Shown here: positions 63,780 through 64,000 of the stretch, piece by piece
Layout: each line of letters begins with the position of its first letter
Numbering within the stretch: the stretch's first letter is position 1
From: Mobula hypostoma
Lineage: Eukaryota
DNA length: 64,000 nucleotides
Reading direction: 5' to 3'
Assembly: GCF_963921235.1 (NCBI RefSeq)
Contig: NC_086097.1
Coordinates: forward strand, 203,238,001 to 203,302,000
Position numbers and translations under genes: made by a program
The notes under the pieces: generated by a model
Database searches by the model: none
Told to the model about the DNA's origin: nothing
Seen by the model: only the letters and a program-made list of their open reading frames with translations

Positions 63780-64000
63780 GGGTGCGTGAATGGCTGGTCA
63801 GGCCTTTATTATCGCTCGTGTCCCGTTGCTATAAGACAACGTGAGCCGCTGCTGGTCCAATTCGATAAGGAAGTGCGTGCAGTTGGTGTATTTCAGTGGG
63901 CAGATCATGACTGACACCGGAGTACAGAATGGAAACTTGGCGAGCTTTCAACAACCGCAGCGGCGCAGGTGCTGAGCGGGGAGACTGGGAAGCCGGCCGC
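63780..64000. promoter_or_regulatory. Start of a CpG/GC-rich region, possible promoter of the next gene
   Basis: CpG density rises towards the window edge; no coding exon recognised. Confidence 0.35.

Overview
Eukaryotic (vertebrate) genomic DNA. The repeat content (V-SINE/HE1-like, DeuSINE, CR1, Rex1, Penelope-like) suggests a cartilaginous fish, probably a ray; this is inferred, not verified. Two genes lie head-to-head around a short promoter at ~40.65-41.02 kb. PRKDC (DNA-PKcs) coding exons 1-5 are on the minus strand (40652 down to 1214; the gene continues off the left edge). MCM4 is complete on the plus strand (16 coding exons, 41784-57763, 2586 nt, 861 aa). The introns hold many nested transposons: a full-length L1 with a (GAAA)n tail and 13-bp TSD, a CsRn1/Kabuki-type Gypsy provirus, a HERO-type (RLE) LINE, a Charlie-type hAT, and many decayed CR1/Rex1 pieces. 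Most notable are (i) short Penelope-derived insertions, mostly fold-back, carrying minimal hammerhead ribozyme motifs and all flanked by 13-14 bp TSDs, and (ii) complementarity between the L1 5' terminus and its inter-ORF spacer. All calls come from reading the sequence by eye; no database searches were run.
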